A DNA stretch of 64,000 bases from an uncultured Planctomycetia bacterium (GCA_964420965.1 CAYQUQ010000001.1:31544-95543); one strand, 5' to 3'; positions 17,099 through 26,285 are shown, counted from the first letter of the stretch. Notes: a model not told the origin generated them from the letters alone. Translations and numbers: made by a program.

Positions 17099-17608
17099 AT
17101 GAGTATTTTAGAGGTAATAAAGGCGCGCAGGTCAGTACGGAAGTTTAAGCAGAAGGCCGTTCCTTTGAAGGTTATCGAGGGCATTTTAGAGGCCGGCCGG
17201 TGGGCCCCTTCCGGGCTGAATAACCAGCCCTGGCGGTTTATGGTGTTGGGGAAAGAAAAGAAAGATTCCTTAGCCCAATTTACCCATTATGGCCGTATCG
17301 TAAAGGGAGCAGATAAAGTTATTCTGGTATTTTTGGACAAGAAGGCTTCCTATAATTATGAAAAAGATTTAATGGCAATAGGAGCGTGCATTCAAAACAT
17401 GCTCCTTTATATCCACTCTATAAAATTAGGTGCCTGCTGGCTGGGCGAGATCCTAAACCAACGGGAGAAGGTGCAGGGCTTTTTAAAGATATCGAAAATC
17501 CTGGAGTTAGAGGCTGTCATCGCTTTAGGCTATCCCGCAGCCGGCATTAAGAAGGGACGGCGAAAACAGCCAAAAGATTTATCGATGGCAAAATATGAAA
17601 GTATGTAA
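17099..17608 (+). CDS. Nitroreductase family protein
   Basis: IKARRSVRKF....P......ILEAGRWAPSGLNNQPWRFMV. Confidence 0.85.
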   Translation: MSILEVIKARRSVRKFKQKAVPLKVIEGILEAGRWAPSGLNNQPWRFMVLGKEKKDSLAQFTHYGRIVKGADKVILVFLDKKASYNYEKDLMAIGACIQNMLLYIHSIKLGACWLGEILNQREKVQGFLKISKILELEAVIALGYPAAGIKKGRRKQPKDLSMAKYESM

Positions 17609-18740
17609 ACATTTCTCTGAGTGCGGTGGTTGCCGCCTCCAGGATACTCCCTACCCGGAACAACTGGCCGGCAAAGAAGATAAAATAAGAACTCTCCTTG
17701 GTTCTTTAGGTCTTTGCGCAGAGTTAAAACCCATCAATTATTCCGACCAGTGGTATTACCGCAATAAGATGGAGTTTAGCTTCGGCCGGGATGAAAGGGT
17801 TATTTGCGGTTTGTACAGTAAAAACCGGAAAGGGGAGCTTGTCGATTTAGAGGAGTGCCTGATTTTCTCACCCGTCGCGGCCCCGATTCTAAGAGCAGTT
17901 AAAGATTTCGCCCGGCGCAATGAATACCCGGTTTATAATCGCTACTCTCACCAGGGCTTTTTACGCAATGTAATTGTCCGGGAGGCTAAATTTACCCAGC
18001 AGCTCATGGTGGGAATGGTAACTACCAGCAGCCGGGAGTTTAAAGCTGAAGAGTTTGTGGAGGAATTAAGAAGTTTAAAACTAAATTCAGAAGTTAAATC
18101 TATTTACCGGATTATCAATGACTCCTGGTCAGACGCCGTGGTTTTTCAGAGAAAGGAGTTACTTTGGGGAGAGCCGCTGATAGAGGAACAGCTGGGTGAT
18201 TTTAAATTTAAAATCGGTATGGATACTTTTTTTCAGGTTAACCCCGGCATGATCGCTGGCTTCTATGATAAGCTTGCCGGCTATGCTAACCTGTCCGGCC
18301 AGGAAAGGGTTTTAGACCTTTTTTGCGGAGCCGGGTCCATCGGAATCTGGTTGGCCCGAAAAGCTAAGTTTGTCTGGGGGGTGGAAGCCAGCAAAGAGGT
18401 TGTGGATTTAGCCTGGCAAAACGCCAAGATTAATCATATCGAAAATATTTCCTTTTTTAGCGCGGATGCCCGGCGGTTTCTTAATACCCAGGGGGCCTTT
18501 TATCGCGATATCGACCTTTTGGTTATCAATCCTCCCCGCTCGGGGCTCTCCAAGCGGATAATCCGGTCCATCTTAAGGCTTTCTCCCCGGACGATTATTT
18601 ACTCTTCCTGTAACCCCACCGCCTTAGCTCAGGATTTAGGCCAGCTCATTACCGGCTATAACCTCGATTCTATTGAACCCTTTGACTTCTTCCCCCACAC
18701 TCCGCACTTAGAGGTTCTTTGCCTTTTGCGCCGCAAGTAA
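17595..18740 (+). CDS. 23S rRNA (uracil-C5)-methyltransferase, RlmD/RumA family (Fe-S plus class I SAM methyltransferase)
   Basis: N-terminal Cys cluster CKHFSECGGCRLQ; SAM fold LDLFCGAGSIG; C-terminal SSCNP motif. Confidence 0.85.
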   Translation: MKVCKHFSECGGCRLQDTPYPEQLAGKEDKIRTLLGSLGLCAELKPINYSDQWYYRNKMEFSFGRDERVICGLYSKNRKGELVDLEECLIFSPVAAPILRAVKDFARRNEYPVYNRYSHQGFLRNVIVREAKFTQQLMVGMVTTSSREFKAEEFVEELRSLKLNSEVKSIYRIINDSWSDAVVFQRKELLWGEPLIEEQLGDFKFKIGMDTFFQVNPGMIAGFYDKLAGYANLSGQERVLDLFCGAGSIGIWLARKAKFVWGVEASKEVVDLAWQNAKINHIENISFFSADARRFLNTQGAFYRDIDLLVINPPRSGLSKRIIRSILRLSPRTIIYSSCNPTALAQDLGQLITGYNLDSIEPFDFFPHTPHLEVLCLLRRK

Positions 18741-18830
18741 GCGGTTACAAAAAAGCGGTGATTTTGGCCTCAAAGAGAAGATTTTTAGGTATATAAAATG
18801 GTATATTAGAACGGTTACCTGAATTAAGAT
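18741..18830 (+). promoter_or_regulatory. Promoter-region segment A, copy 1 (extended -10 TGGTATATT at 18799-18807)
   Basis: gcggttacaaaaaagcggtgatttt...aaaatggtatattagaacggttacct is duplicated at 19078-19172. Confidence 0.6.
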
Positions 18831-18904
18831 TACCTTGTTTTCTTAAGAGCTTTTCGGGAGAGGCGATAAAAATATTCCTGTTTTTCCAGAATCAGTGATA
18901 GTAA

Positions 18905-19070
18905 ATACTTAGTCTTCATCACAGCCGACACGGAAGAGCGCCGCCGGGGAGGGTGTCGGCAGACCATTCCCTACAGGTAACCAAAACACCGGCGGCATTG
19001 ACTTTATCCCCGGTAGCCTCAGTTTACAGGTTACCGGGGATCTTCAAAATCGAACCCCGGAACGAACTCT
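18905..19070 (+). pseudogene. Decayed fragment homologous to the 3' end of the giant ORF (25990-26160), lying between two copies of a duplicated promoter segment
   Basis: cagccgacacggaagagcgccgccggggagggtgtcggcagaccattccctacaggtaaccaaaacaccggcggcattgactttatcc versus cagccgacacggaggggcaacaacgccgccggggagggtgtcggcagaccattcctcaaaggtaaccaaacacccggcggcattgattttaacc. Confidence 0.7.
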
Positions 19071-19077
19071 GCTTGTA

Positions 19078-19172
19078 AGCGCTTACAAAAAACCCTTGAT
19101 TTTAAAGGGAAATACGAGATTTTCCCTTATCCAAAATGTTATACTCAAGAGGTTACCTCTTTTTTTGAGCGC
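19078..19172 (+). promoter_or_regulatory. Promoter-region segment A, copy 2 (extended -10 TGTTATACT at 19137-19145), about 50 bp upstream of the giant ORF
   Basis: gcgcttacaaaaaacccttgatttt...aaaatgttatactcaagaggttacct. Confidence 0.6.
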
Positions 19173-19219
19173 TTTTTGGTTACCTATAGTTTGTAAAACT
19201 TAATTTCGGGAGACGAAGA

Positions 19220-22200
19220 ATGCTGTCATTTTTTCAGAGGCAGAAGGCCACTGTCTCTCTCCGCTTATTAGGTGCATTACTCATTTTCTTTCTGTTTATC
19301 TCTCTAGCCGCTACCTACTTACCTAAGAGATCACCGAAGTATGCTGATTTTCTTCCTCCCCCCGGCAAACTAGTAGCTTTAACCCCCGCCTTTATCCCGC
19401 CGCTTTTACGCGGCCTGACCATCTATCCCCAGGATCCTTTTCGCTTCGACTTCTATATCGAAAACGGCGACAAACACCTTAAAGATGAACAGTTTAAACA
19501 AGAATCCCGGCAGCTGATCAAGTACTTTTTAGCGGCCTTAACCATACCCGAGGAAGACTTCTGGGTCAACCTCTCCCCTTACGAACAAGAAAGAATCGCT
19601 CCTGAGGACTTAGGCGTAACCGAGCTGGGAAAAGCCCTCTTAGGCCAGGACTATATCTTAAAACAACTCCTGGCTTCCCTGATGCACCCGGACAGTGAGA
19701 CCGGAAAAGAGTTCTGGAAGCGGGTCTATAGACGCGCCCATGAGCTCTACGGCACGACCAAAATACCCATTAACACCTTCAACAAGATTTGGATTATGCC
19801 GGAGAAGGCCTTAGTTTACGCCCGGGACAATACCGCTTATGTGGTGGAAAGCCGCCTCAAAGTTTTACTGGAAGAAGACTACCTGGCCTTAAAGCAAAAT
19901 CTTAACCACCCGGCTCCCGGTTCGGAAAAGCTCTCGCCGGATAAGACCAAGGTTTTATGCCGGATATCTTCTAATCTGATCAAGGAAGTCATCCTGCCGG
20001 AAATCGAAACAGAAATCAACCAGGGAGAAAACTTCGCCTCTTTGAGGCAGGCCTTTAACGCCATGGTCTTAGCCGCCTGGTTTAAACGCCGCCTTAAAAC
20101 TCACCTCCTCAATCAGGTCTATACCGATAAAGCCAAACTCAAAGGTGTCGATCTTAAAGATAAAGCCACCAAACAAAAAATCTACCAGCAATACTTAGAG
20201 GCCTACCGGCAAGGCGTATACAACTACATCAAGACTGAATATGACCCCAATATGCAGAAAAACATTTCCCGCCAGTACTACAGCGGCGGCTTTGCCTGGG
20301 GAAAGCCCGGGGAATGGTTGGGTGAGACCGGCCAGGCCCCCTTATCCCGCCGGGAAGGAGCCAATGTCCAGGTGGCTTTGCGGGCGGAAATGGGGCAGAC
20401 AAGGAGAGTTTCCTCGCCCAGTGAGAGTAGTGGAGATGAGCTTAAGGTTCTCTATAACGCGGCTTTAGCCGGTGATAGTTCCGCGGTAAACCAGTTAAAG
20501 GCATTTGCTCTCTCTTCCGACCACGCCCTAGCCCAAAGCGCCTACGAATACCTGGATCACCTGGCCTACAAAGAAAGCAACTTAGAGAGCATCCAGGCCG
20601 TAAAGGAGCTGGCCCTTTCTGCGGATATACCCCGGGAAGCCAAACTTAATTCCAATAGCCAGGGTATCATCGATGACTTAGCTTATATCGTCCGGGAAGC
20701 CCAGCACCATATCAGCAGCGAAGCCCGCAAGGCGGCTTTAGACGCTTTAGAGGAAATCATGTTTGCTTATGCTAAGAGCGATACCAAGATAGCCGATTAT
20801 ATCTTAAACCGCATATTCACCCCCTTAAGGAATGGCTACATAAACACTATCCCCGACGGAGCCGAGCTGGCCACCCAGGCCTTAAAAAGAATGGTGGAGT
20901 CTGACCAGATCGGTTCAGGCTTAACTGCCCAGGCTTTAACGGCTAAACCGGAACAACCCTTAGCCGTATTTAATACCGTAACTGACCCGGCGGCCCAAGG
21001 ATATACCCCTGGGCATAAAAAGACAGCCTTGGAAAACTTAAACCTGGCCCAGGCCGCCCAGGTAATCCCCCGGATAAAGGAGCTGGTCTTCTCCCAGGAC
21101 CACGCCCTAGCCCAAAGCGCCTACGAATACCTGGATCACCTGGCCTACAAAGAAAGCAACTTAGACAGCATCCAGGCCGTGAAGGAGCTGGCCCTGTCTG
21201 CGGATATACCCCGGAAGGCTAAACTTGACTCCAATAACCAGGGCATTATCGATGACTTAGCTTATATCGTCCGGGAAATACAACTGAACGTCAGCAGAGA
21301 AGCCCGCAAGGCGGCCCTGGCGGCTTTAGAAGAGATCCTGTTTGCCTACGCTAACGATACCAACATAGCCGATTACATCTTGAACCGCGTATTCATCGCC
21401 CTAAGGGAACAGGTGATAAGCGCTATCCCCGACGGAGCCGAGCTGGCCACCCAGGCTTTAAAAAGAATGGTGGAGTCTGACCAGATCGGCCCAGGTTTAA
21501 CGGCCCGGGCCTTAACGGCTAAACCGGAACAACCCTTAGCCGTATTTAATACCGTAACTGACCCGGCGGCCCAAGGATATACCCCTGGGCATAAAAAGAC
21601 AGCCTTGGAAAACTTAAACCTGGCCCAGGCCGCCCAGGTAATCCCCCGGATAAAGGAGCTGGTCTTCTCCCAGGACCACGCCCTAGCCCAAAGCGCCTAC
21701 GAATACCTGGATCACCTGGCCTACAAAGAAAGCAACTTAGACAGCATCCAGGCCGTGAAGGAGCTGGCCCTGTCTGCGGATATACCCCGGAAGGCTAAAC
21801 TTGACTCCAATAACCAGGGCATCATCGATGACTTAGCTTATATCGTCCGGGAAACCCAGCACCATATCAGCAGCGAAGCCCGCAAAGCGGCCCTGGCGGC
21901 TTTAGGAGAGATTGCTGCCGCTGATTTTGCCGACGATGCTATCATCAGATACTTACAGAATGATAACGGCGTTAAAGCAATAATCCGCAGTACCTCACTA
22001 CCAGCTATCCCCCAAGATTTATGGGAGTTGCTACAAACAGCTAATCAGGATGCTCCTTCCAACAAGCAGATAAATTTAGAATCATTTATGGCTGACTACT
22101 GGCTTACCGTGGCCCGGCTTTACCACCTGGATCCACGCTATTGCCGCCAGATATTTGACGCTATCCTTTCCGGCCTGGGGCCAAAGCGGCTAGCGGCATT

Positions 22201-25200
22201 CTTAAAGGATATACAACCGGCCCTTTGGGATGAAACCATTTACCCAGCATTAAAGTCAATATTTAAACAGGCCCAAGAGCGGGATCATGCTTATGCCCAG
22301 AGAATTATCGAGTTAGCTGCCGCCTATAAGGATTTAGGGATCAGCCAGTTATTTGTGCAGCTGGCCGCGCAGGAAGCCCAAAAACGCCGGGTTACGGTCC
22401 GGCAGGTATATTTAGCTCTAGCCCAGGAGTTAATCAAAGCCTTTGCCCAGAAACTGGGAGTTACCCTGGACCGGGTGACTGCCGAGACCATTGAAAATTG
22501 GTATTTGCCTTATTTATCCAAGCTGTTTGTGGGCCGGCGCATTGTCTATGCTCACGGCAGCAGCCACCGGCCCCTGCAGCAGCTATTCGATTCAGTGATC
22601 AAGGCCACCCTGGAAGGTAAATTCGCTGAGATGATCACTGATACCAGTGATGCCAACGCTTATCCCATGGGTAAAAGAATTGCTGAGCAGAATCAGAAGG
22701 TGAGAAAAGCCTTAGAGTTATTAGGCATTGACTTAGAAGAGTGGTTAGGCTATCAAGAGGAAGCCCGGTTTAGCTTAGAGCAGGCCCAGGGCAGCCGGAT
22801 TGATGTGGCCGCAGAATTACAGGGCTTGGCCGAGCAGTTTTTCGCTCTTCTCGATAAGCTGCAGGAAAAGCACGGGAATATGGTCAGGGGTAGTTTAGGT
22901 AAGATGGGCTTAGAATTAGTGGAAGATGCTCAAGGCAGGCGTCTGGTTCAGAATAATGGTCGGCAGGAAACCAATCAGAAAGTGGCCCTTAAAGCCTTGA
23001 TGGGTTTATTATTTAAAAACCAGGGTAACTTCAGCAAACTCCAGAAAAGCTTGAATTTCCTGGATAGAAATTATCAGGGCCAGGAAGCGGCTACCTTAAT
23101 CTTCCACATCCGGGAAAAACTAGAGATGCTTAACCGCCTGGTCAATAATCCCGCAGAATTTAAAAAAGCCCTGGAAGGCCCGCAGGCATTTTTAATCCGC
23201 AGGTGGGCCCGAAATCCCGGCCGGGATATCTTCCAGGGTAACTTTACCGGATGCTGTGTGGCTATCGATAACGACTTACACCCGGAGGCCATTATCGAAT
23301 ACCTCATTGACCAGGGGATTCAGATTGTGGAGGTTGTTGATGAGGCTACCGGCTTAGCCGTAGCCCAGACATGGGTTTTTGTAGCCGTTAATCAAAACGG
23401 CAAGCCGGTTTTAGTTTTAGACAATATTGAAGTCGAGGAAACTTACCCTAAAACTTCCGGTCAGAATAAAATAATCCGTGATCACCTGGTAGCCTACATG
23501 CAGAAATATGCGCAGGCTATCGACGTCGAGGAGCTTTATTTAGGGGTAACCCAGTACAACGATGTGAACACCAGTGATTACCCCACTGTTTCTGATCAGT
23601 TGGTCAAGCCCGGGGGTTACCTCTGGGATTTTGAAGGCGCAAACTATACCTACTATTTAGAGTCCATGTACGGCGAAACCGTTCAGCAGAGTTCGCACCG
23701 CGCCGACGGAAGTATCCCTTCTACGGCCCGGCAGTTCCACCGCCTTCCTTTGCCTAAGCTTCCGCCTAAACCGGTGGATAATAGCCGGATCGGCGTCGAC
23801 CGCGTTCTACCCGATCAGGCCGAGGGGATTTTAGATCAACTGGTCCAGGTAGAGGCCGGGGCTTATTCTAATCCGGAATTAAGGCTGGGAAGAGAATTTT
23901 TACGCCACTCCGTAAATAATCCCCAGGGGGTCAATATGGTATTGCGCTACAAGGGAAGAATAATCGGCTACGCCCTCTCTGTTCCGGCTGAGGACGAGGA
24001 GGCTGCTCCCCAGATTCCCCACAGCCTTTACCTTGAGGATTTTGCTATTCTGCCCGAGTTCCGCAATAATCCGGCGGCCAATCTTAAGTTTATCCGGGGA
24101 TTTCTCCGGGAGGTAACCAACGGTACCTATCAGACCGTAACCCTGCATACTCATGGTGGGATTGTCAAATTTCTGGTGGATGATTTTGGCTTTGCCATAG
24201 TCGGTAAAGAAGATAATTGGCTTGATTCGGGAGAGACCTTTTATTTATTGCGCTGGGATAAGGCTTCTTCTTCGGTCTCCTCACCATCGTCTTCTCCCCG
24301 CAGAGAGGAGCTAGAGAGGTTACGCGATGCCCTGATGAATGCCGCGGAGAGATTAAAATCGAATCTCGTCCTACACCATAAGGAAGTAGAAGATTTTCAT
24401 AGCACAGTCAGTATATATAATGGACAAGAAATGACCACCGGAGAAATGCTGGATGAACTCAGAAGAGGTATGTATAGGATTAAAACCCGCGAAGAATTAA
24501 TGGATGAGTTGCACCTCTGGATGGATTGGCATATTGAGCATGCATTACATGTAGATAGTGTTGTTTCCCACGCTGCTTCCCGCAGCTCCAAACAAGTGGT
24601 AAGAGAATTGCTGATCAGAGAGTTCGATCTTAAGACTTTAATGTTGATCGATATAGAATATTTAGAGGGGGAAGGAAAAGGCTTTGCCCGGGGCGGATAC
24701 GGAATAGGTAAACACGAGAAATTAGACGAACCGAGACAAAAACAAGTAGCCCAGTGGTATAATCGCCATTTATATGAAGGATTCGAAGTCTTACAGACGG
24801 TTTTAGAAGAGCGGGAACTTCCCTGGGAAGTTGATTTTCAGGAGTATGAACAGTCATTTAAATTTTGGTTTCCTGACAATATTTCTCGGCCTATTGCCCG
24901 CGAGCGGCAGAGAGGGCAGACTTACGAAGATAGCGTGAATGCCAGTCTTGCGGAGGTTAATGCAGCCATTAAGGAGGTTAATGAGGAGTTACGCCAGTAT
25001 GCTGATCCCGATGAAAGTTCATCGTCCCCCAACGCCTCGTCCTCATCCCAGCCGGACGGTACAGGAAAAGATATTACCAGAAGAAGATTTTTGAAGCGTC
25101 TGACCGCGACTGCAACTGTAGCGACGGTAGCGCCTAATGATATCATTCTACCGGGATCCACGTTACCGTCTCCGGCATCTCCAGTCAGAATAAGTTATGC

Positions 25201-26281
25201 TCTTCTGCGCGATATGCTATCAGGAATAGGTGCTGTTCAAATGCCTACTACAGGGAGTCGGGGTAATTTAATTGTATTTGATGATTTTCCTTTTTGGTGG
25301 CATCTGCGGAGAGTATTGCCAGAGGGGCAGAAAGATGAAGCAGAAAAAATTGCAGAAAAATTACTGAGAGCGGCTGTGTTAGAGGCCAGACAGAGGCTGA
25401 GGACAGCAGGGATTATAGAGACAGGAGAGGCCGCAGAACAAGTTATTGGAGATATCGAGAGGGCATTCGATGATTCAGCCCATGAGGTTCGTAGAACGAT
25501 AGAGAAAGGAGGTTATTCAGAAGACCTGGTATACGATGCTATTAAAAAAGCACAAAAAGCAATAGCGCAACAGCAGGATAAAAAAGAGGATGGCCTTGAG
25601 CAACCAGAACCGGAGATCATGTACACCGACTCCGGCTTTCCGGACTTTGATATTACCCAGATGCAGGATATAGAGCTTATTGGACGAATTGAGGTAATCG
25701 AAGCTGACCTGTTCAGGCAGCTGCAGCTAAGGAGTGCTTCTGACCGGGATATCCGCACACTCGCCGGCCGTATCTATCTGGCCCAGCGGGCAGCAGAGGG
25801 AAGGGCTATGGCTGAAGTAACTGATCTTAGTCCGATTGGTAATATCACCCAAGATGATCTAGAGTCAATCGGCGGCCGCGTGTTAGGTCTGATGGGGATG
25901 AGCGGGGTAGGCGAAAGTCCGCCTGAAGGTCAACCCAAGCAGGCAGGACTTACCGTCTTATCAACGACAGATTCGTCTTCTCCCAACGCTTCGTCCTCAT
26001 CCCAGCCGACACGGAGGGGCAACAACGCCGCCGGGGAGGGTGTCGGCAGACCATTCCTCAAAGGTAACCAAACACCCGGCGGCATTGATTTTAACCCTGA
26101 TAACCTGGATTTACAGGTTATCGGGGATAATAGCAGGGAGCGGTCTCGACCGTTCCCTGCTGAATCTCAGCTTCCTTTCGATACCCATAATTTCCAAGGC
26201 TTTACCTTCCAGATTCTCAAAATCGAGCCGGTTACAGACCCAGTCCATATTACCAAAGGACCCCAGCTTTCTCGCCGCTAA
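19220..26281 (+). CDS. Giant modular membrane-anchored protein (2,353 aa) with internal 192-aa tandem repeats and Ser/Pro-rich linkers; function unknown
   Basis: Uninterrupted 7,062-bp ORF; N-terminal TM helix LLGALLIFFLFISLAA; repeat array 20515-21915; possible GNAT-like segment at about 23900-24260; internal Tat-like motif TRRRFLKRL; duplicated linker SSSPNASSSSQP. Confidence 0.8.
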   Translation: MLSFFQRQKATVSLRLLGALLIFFLFISLAATYLPKRSPKYADFLPPPGKLVALTPAFIPPLLRGLTIYPQDPFRFDFYIENGDKHLKDEQFKQESRQLIKYFLAALTIPEEDFWVNLSPYEQERIAPEDLGVTELGKALLGQDYILKQLLASLMHPDSETGKEFWKRVYRRAHELYGTTKIPINTFNKIWIMPEKALVYARDNTAYVVESRLKVLLEEDYLALKQNLNHPAPGSEKLSPDKTKVLCRISSNLIKEVILPEIETEINQGENFASLRQAFNAMVLAAWFKRRLKTHLLNQVYTDKAKLKGVDLKDKATKQKIYQQYLEAYRQGVYNYIKTEYDPNMQKNISRQYYSGGFAWGKPGEWLGETGQAPLSRREGANVQVALRAEMGQTRRVSSPSESSGDELKVLYNAALAGDSSAVNQLKAFALSSDHALAQSAYEYLDHLAYKESNLESIQAVKELALSADIPREAKLNSNSQGIIDDLAYIVREAQHHISSEARKAALDALEEIMFAYAKSDTKIADYILNRIFTPLRNGYINTIPDGAELATQALKRMVESDQIGSGLTAQALTAKPEQPLAVFNTVTDPAAQGYTPGHKKTALENLNLAQAAQVIPRIKELVFSQDHALAQSAYEYLDHLAYKESNLDSIQAVKELALSADIPRKAKLDSNNQGIIDDLAYIVREIQLNVSREARKAALAALEEILFAYANDTNIADYILNRVFIALREQVISAIPDGAELATQALKRMVESDQIGPGLTARALTAKPEQPLAVFNTVTDPAAQGYTPGHKKTALENLNLAQAAQVIPRIKELVFSQDHALAQSAYEYLDHLAYKESNLDSIQAVKELALSADIPRKAKLDSNNQGIIDDLAYIVRETQHHISSEARKAALAALGEIAAADFADDAIIRYLQNDNGVKAIIRSTSLPAIPQDLWELLQTANQDAPSNKQINLESFMADYWLTVARLYHLDPRYCRQIFDAILSGLGPKRLAAFLKDIQPALWDETIYPALKSIFKQAQERDHAYAQRIIELAAAYKDLGISQLFVQLAAQEAQKRRVTVRQVYLALAQELIKAFAQKLGVTLDRVTAETIENWYLPYLSKLFVGRRIVYAHGSSHRPLQQLFDSVIKATLEGKFAEMITDTSDANAYPMGKRIAEQNQKVRKALELLGIDLEEWLGYQEEARFSLEQAQGSRIDVAAELQGLAEQFFALLDKLQEKHGNMVRGSLGKMGLELVEDAQGRRLVQNNGRQETNQKVALKALMGLLFKNQGNFSKLQKSLNFLDRNYQGQEAATLIFHIREKLEMLNRLVNNPAEFKKALEGPQAFLIRRWARNPGRDIFQGNFTGCCVAIDNDLHPEAIIEYLIDQGIQIVEVVDEATGLAVAQTWVFVAVNQNGKPVLVLDNIEVEETYPKTSGQNKIIRDHLVAYMQKYAQAIDVEELYLGVTQYNDVNTSDYPTVSDQLVKPGGYLWDFEGANYTYYLESMYGETVQQSSHRADGSIPSTARQFHRLPLPKLPPKPVDNSRIGVDRVLPDQAEGILDQLVQVEAGAYSNPELRLGREFLRHSVNNPQGVNMVLRYKGRIIGYALSVPAEDEEAAPQIPHSLYLEDFAILPEFRNNPAANLKFIRGFLREVTNGTYQTVTLHTHGGIVKFLVDDFGFAIVGKEDNWLDSGETFYLLRWDKASSSVSSPSSSPRREELERLRDALMNAAERLKSNLVLHHKEVEDFHSTVSIYNGQEMTTGEMLDELRRGMYRIKTREELMDELHLWMDWHIEHALHVDSVVSHAASRSSKQVVRELLIREFDLKTLMLIDIEYLEGEGKGFARGGYGIGKHEKLDEPRQKQVAQWYNRHLYEGFEVLQTVLEERELPWEVDFQEYEQSFKFWFPDNISRPIARERQRGQTYEDSVNASLAEVNAAIKEVNEELRQYADPDESSSSPNASSSSQPDGTGKDITRRRFLKRLTATATVATVAPNDIILPGSTLPSPASPVRISYALLRDMLSGIGAVQMPTTGSRGNLIVFDDFPFWWHLRRVLPEGQKDEAEKIAEKLLRAAVLEARQRLRTAGIIETGEAAEQVIGDIERAFDDSAHEVRRTIEKGGYSEDLVYDAIKKAQKAIAQQQDKKEDGLEQPEPEIMYTDSGFPDFDITQMQDIELIGRIEVIEADLFRQLQLRSASDRDIRTLAGRIYLAQRAAEGRAMAEVTDLSPIGNITQDDLESIGGRVLGLMGMSGVGESPPEGQPKQAGLTVLSTTDSSSPNASSSSQPTRRGNNAAGEGVGRPFLKGNQTPGGIDFNPDNLDLQVIGDNSRERSRPFPAESQLPFDTHNFQGFTFQILKIEPVTDPVHITKGPQLSRR
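20515..21915 (+). repeat. About 2.4 tandem copies of a 576-579-bp coding repeat inside the giant ORF (copy 1 20515-21093, copy 2 21094-21669, partial copy 3 21670-about 21915)
   Basis: Identical string ccacgccctagcccaaagcgcctacgaatacctggatcacctggcctacaaagaaagcaacttag at 20521, 21100 and 21676; the copy ends share more than 150 bp of exact identity. Confidence 0.9.
26132..26161. repeat. Near-palindromic 30-mer related to the korA palindrome, inside the giant ORF 3' region
   Basis: agcagggagcggtctcgaccgttccctgct (2 mismatches from a perfect palindrome). Confidence 0.8.
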
Positions 26282-26285
26282 AGTT

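Noticed and set aside
18971-19200. Recurrent GGTTACC / GGTAACC (BstEII-type palindrome) around the giant gene (18822, 18972, 19028, 19170, 19193, 26062)
   Set aside because: It is a 7-bp motif. Without counts I cannot tell whether the occurrences are over-represented, and they may simply reflect Gly-Asn / Val-Thr codons plus a short shared repeat. I noted it only.
20241-20468. 75-aa + strand ORF inside the giant ORF in another frame
   Set aside because: Its translation is Pro/Arg/Gly-rich, as expected from frame-shifted GC-rich coding sequence. It is not independent.
20515-21915. Possibility that the regularly spaced repeats are a CRISPR array
   Set aside because: The period is 576 bp, the spacers are not unique, the repeats are translated in frame as part of a continuous ORF, and no cas genes are present.
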